A stretch of DNA of 64,000 nucleotides from Blastomonas sp. Its GTDB lineage: Bacteria > Pseudomonadota > Alphaproteobacteria > Sphingomonadales > Sphingomonadaceae. Made by a program: the position numbers and the translations under genes. Positions 63,989-64,000 of the stretch are shown here, in pieces. The stretch covers positions 740,582 to 804,581 of the forward strand of contig NZ_JBKBOG010000001.1 in assembly GCF_046294995.1 (NCBI RefSeq), given 5' to 3'. The first letter of the stretch is position 1, and the number at the start of each line of letters is the position of its first letter. The notes beneath the pieces are model-generated. The model saw only the letters and a program-made list of their open reading frames with translations. It searched no databases and was not told the DNA's origin.

Positions 63989-64000
63989 AGGTGCGCTAAC

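Overview
High-GC (about 63-66% by eye) alphaproteobacterial chromosome segment. Gene content and repeat types look Sphingomonadaceae-like, but that is inference only. The core is ordinary housekeeping and metabolism: glyS (5' end outside the window), ppdK, two acyl-CoA dehydrogenases plus an enoyl-CoA hydratase, typA, an S9 peptidase, the giant NAD-glutamate dehydrogenase, a B12-binding protein convergent with a multi-PAS hybrid histidine kinase, a TonB-dependent receptor, ald, an SDR, a TPR protein, an RND efflux operon, a DEAD-box helicase, cytochrome b561, and tRNA-Thr, tRNA-Ser and tRNA-Met. The main feature is an ~18-kb insertion at tRNA-Ser(GGA), 27783-45727. It is bounded by an exact 15-bp copy of the tRNA 3' end and carries a P4-type integrase next to the tRNA. 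It appears to be two islands stacked in tandem. The distal part (27.8-35.6 kb) carries a TonB receptor, a prolyl oligopeptidase and an amidase. The proximal, low-GC part (35.6-45.7 kb, about 45-48% GC) carries the most interesting content: a translationally coupled four-gene operon of C5 DNA methyltransferase -> phosphoribosyltransferase-like protein -> large P-loop NTPase -> unknown alpha/beta protein split by a frameshift at a C8 homopolymer tract. This gene set matches no defence or modification system I know. It is flanked by a divergent island-borne thyX and by an Xis-like HTH, iteron-like repeats and an int / sigma-region-4 HTH / nucleotidyltransferase-HEPN fusion module. Several families of GC-rich palindromic (REP/MITE-like) repeats are scattered through the window, and three sites lie in frame inside glyS. 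No CRISPR array, rRNA or phage structural genes were seen. All function calls rest on motifs read from the translations. No database search was run.
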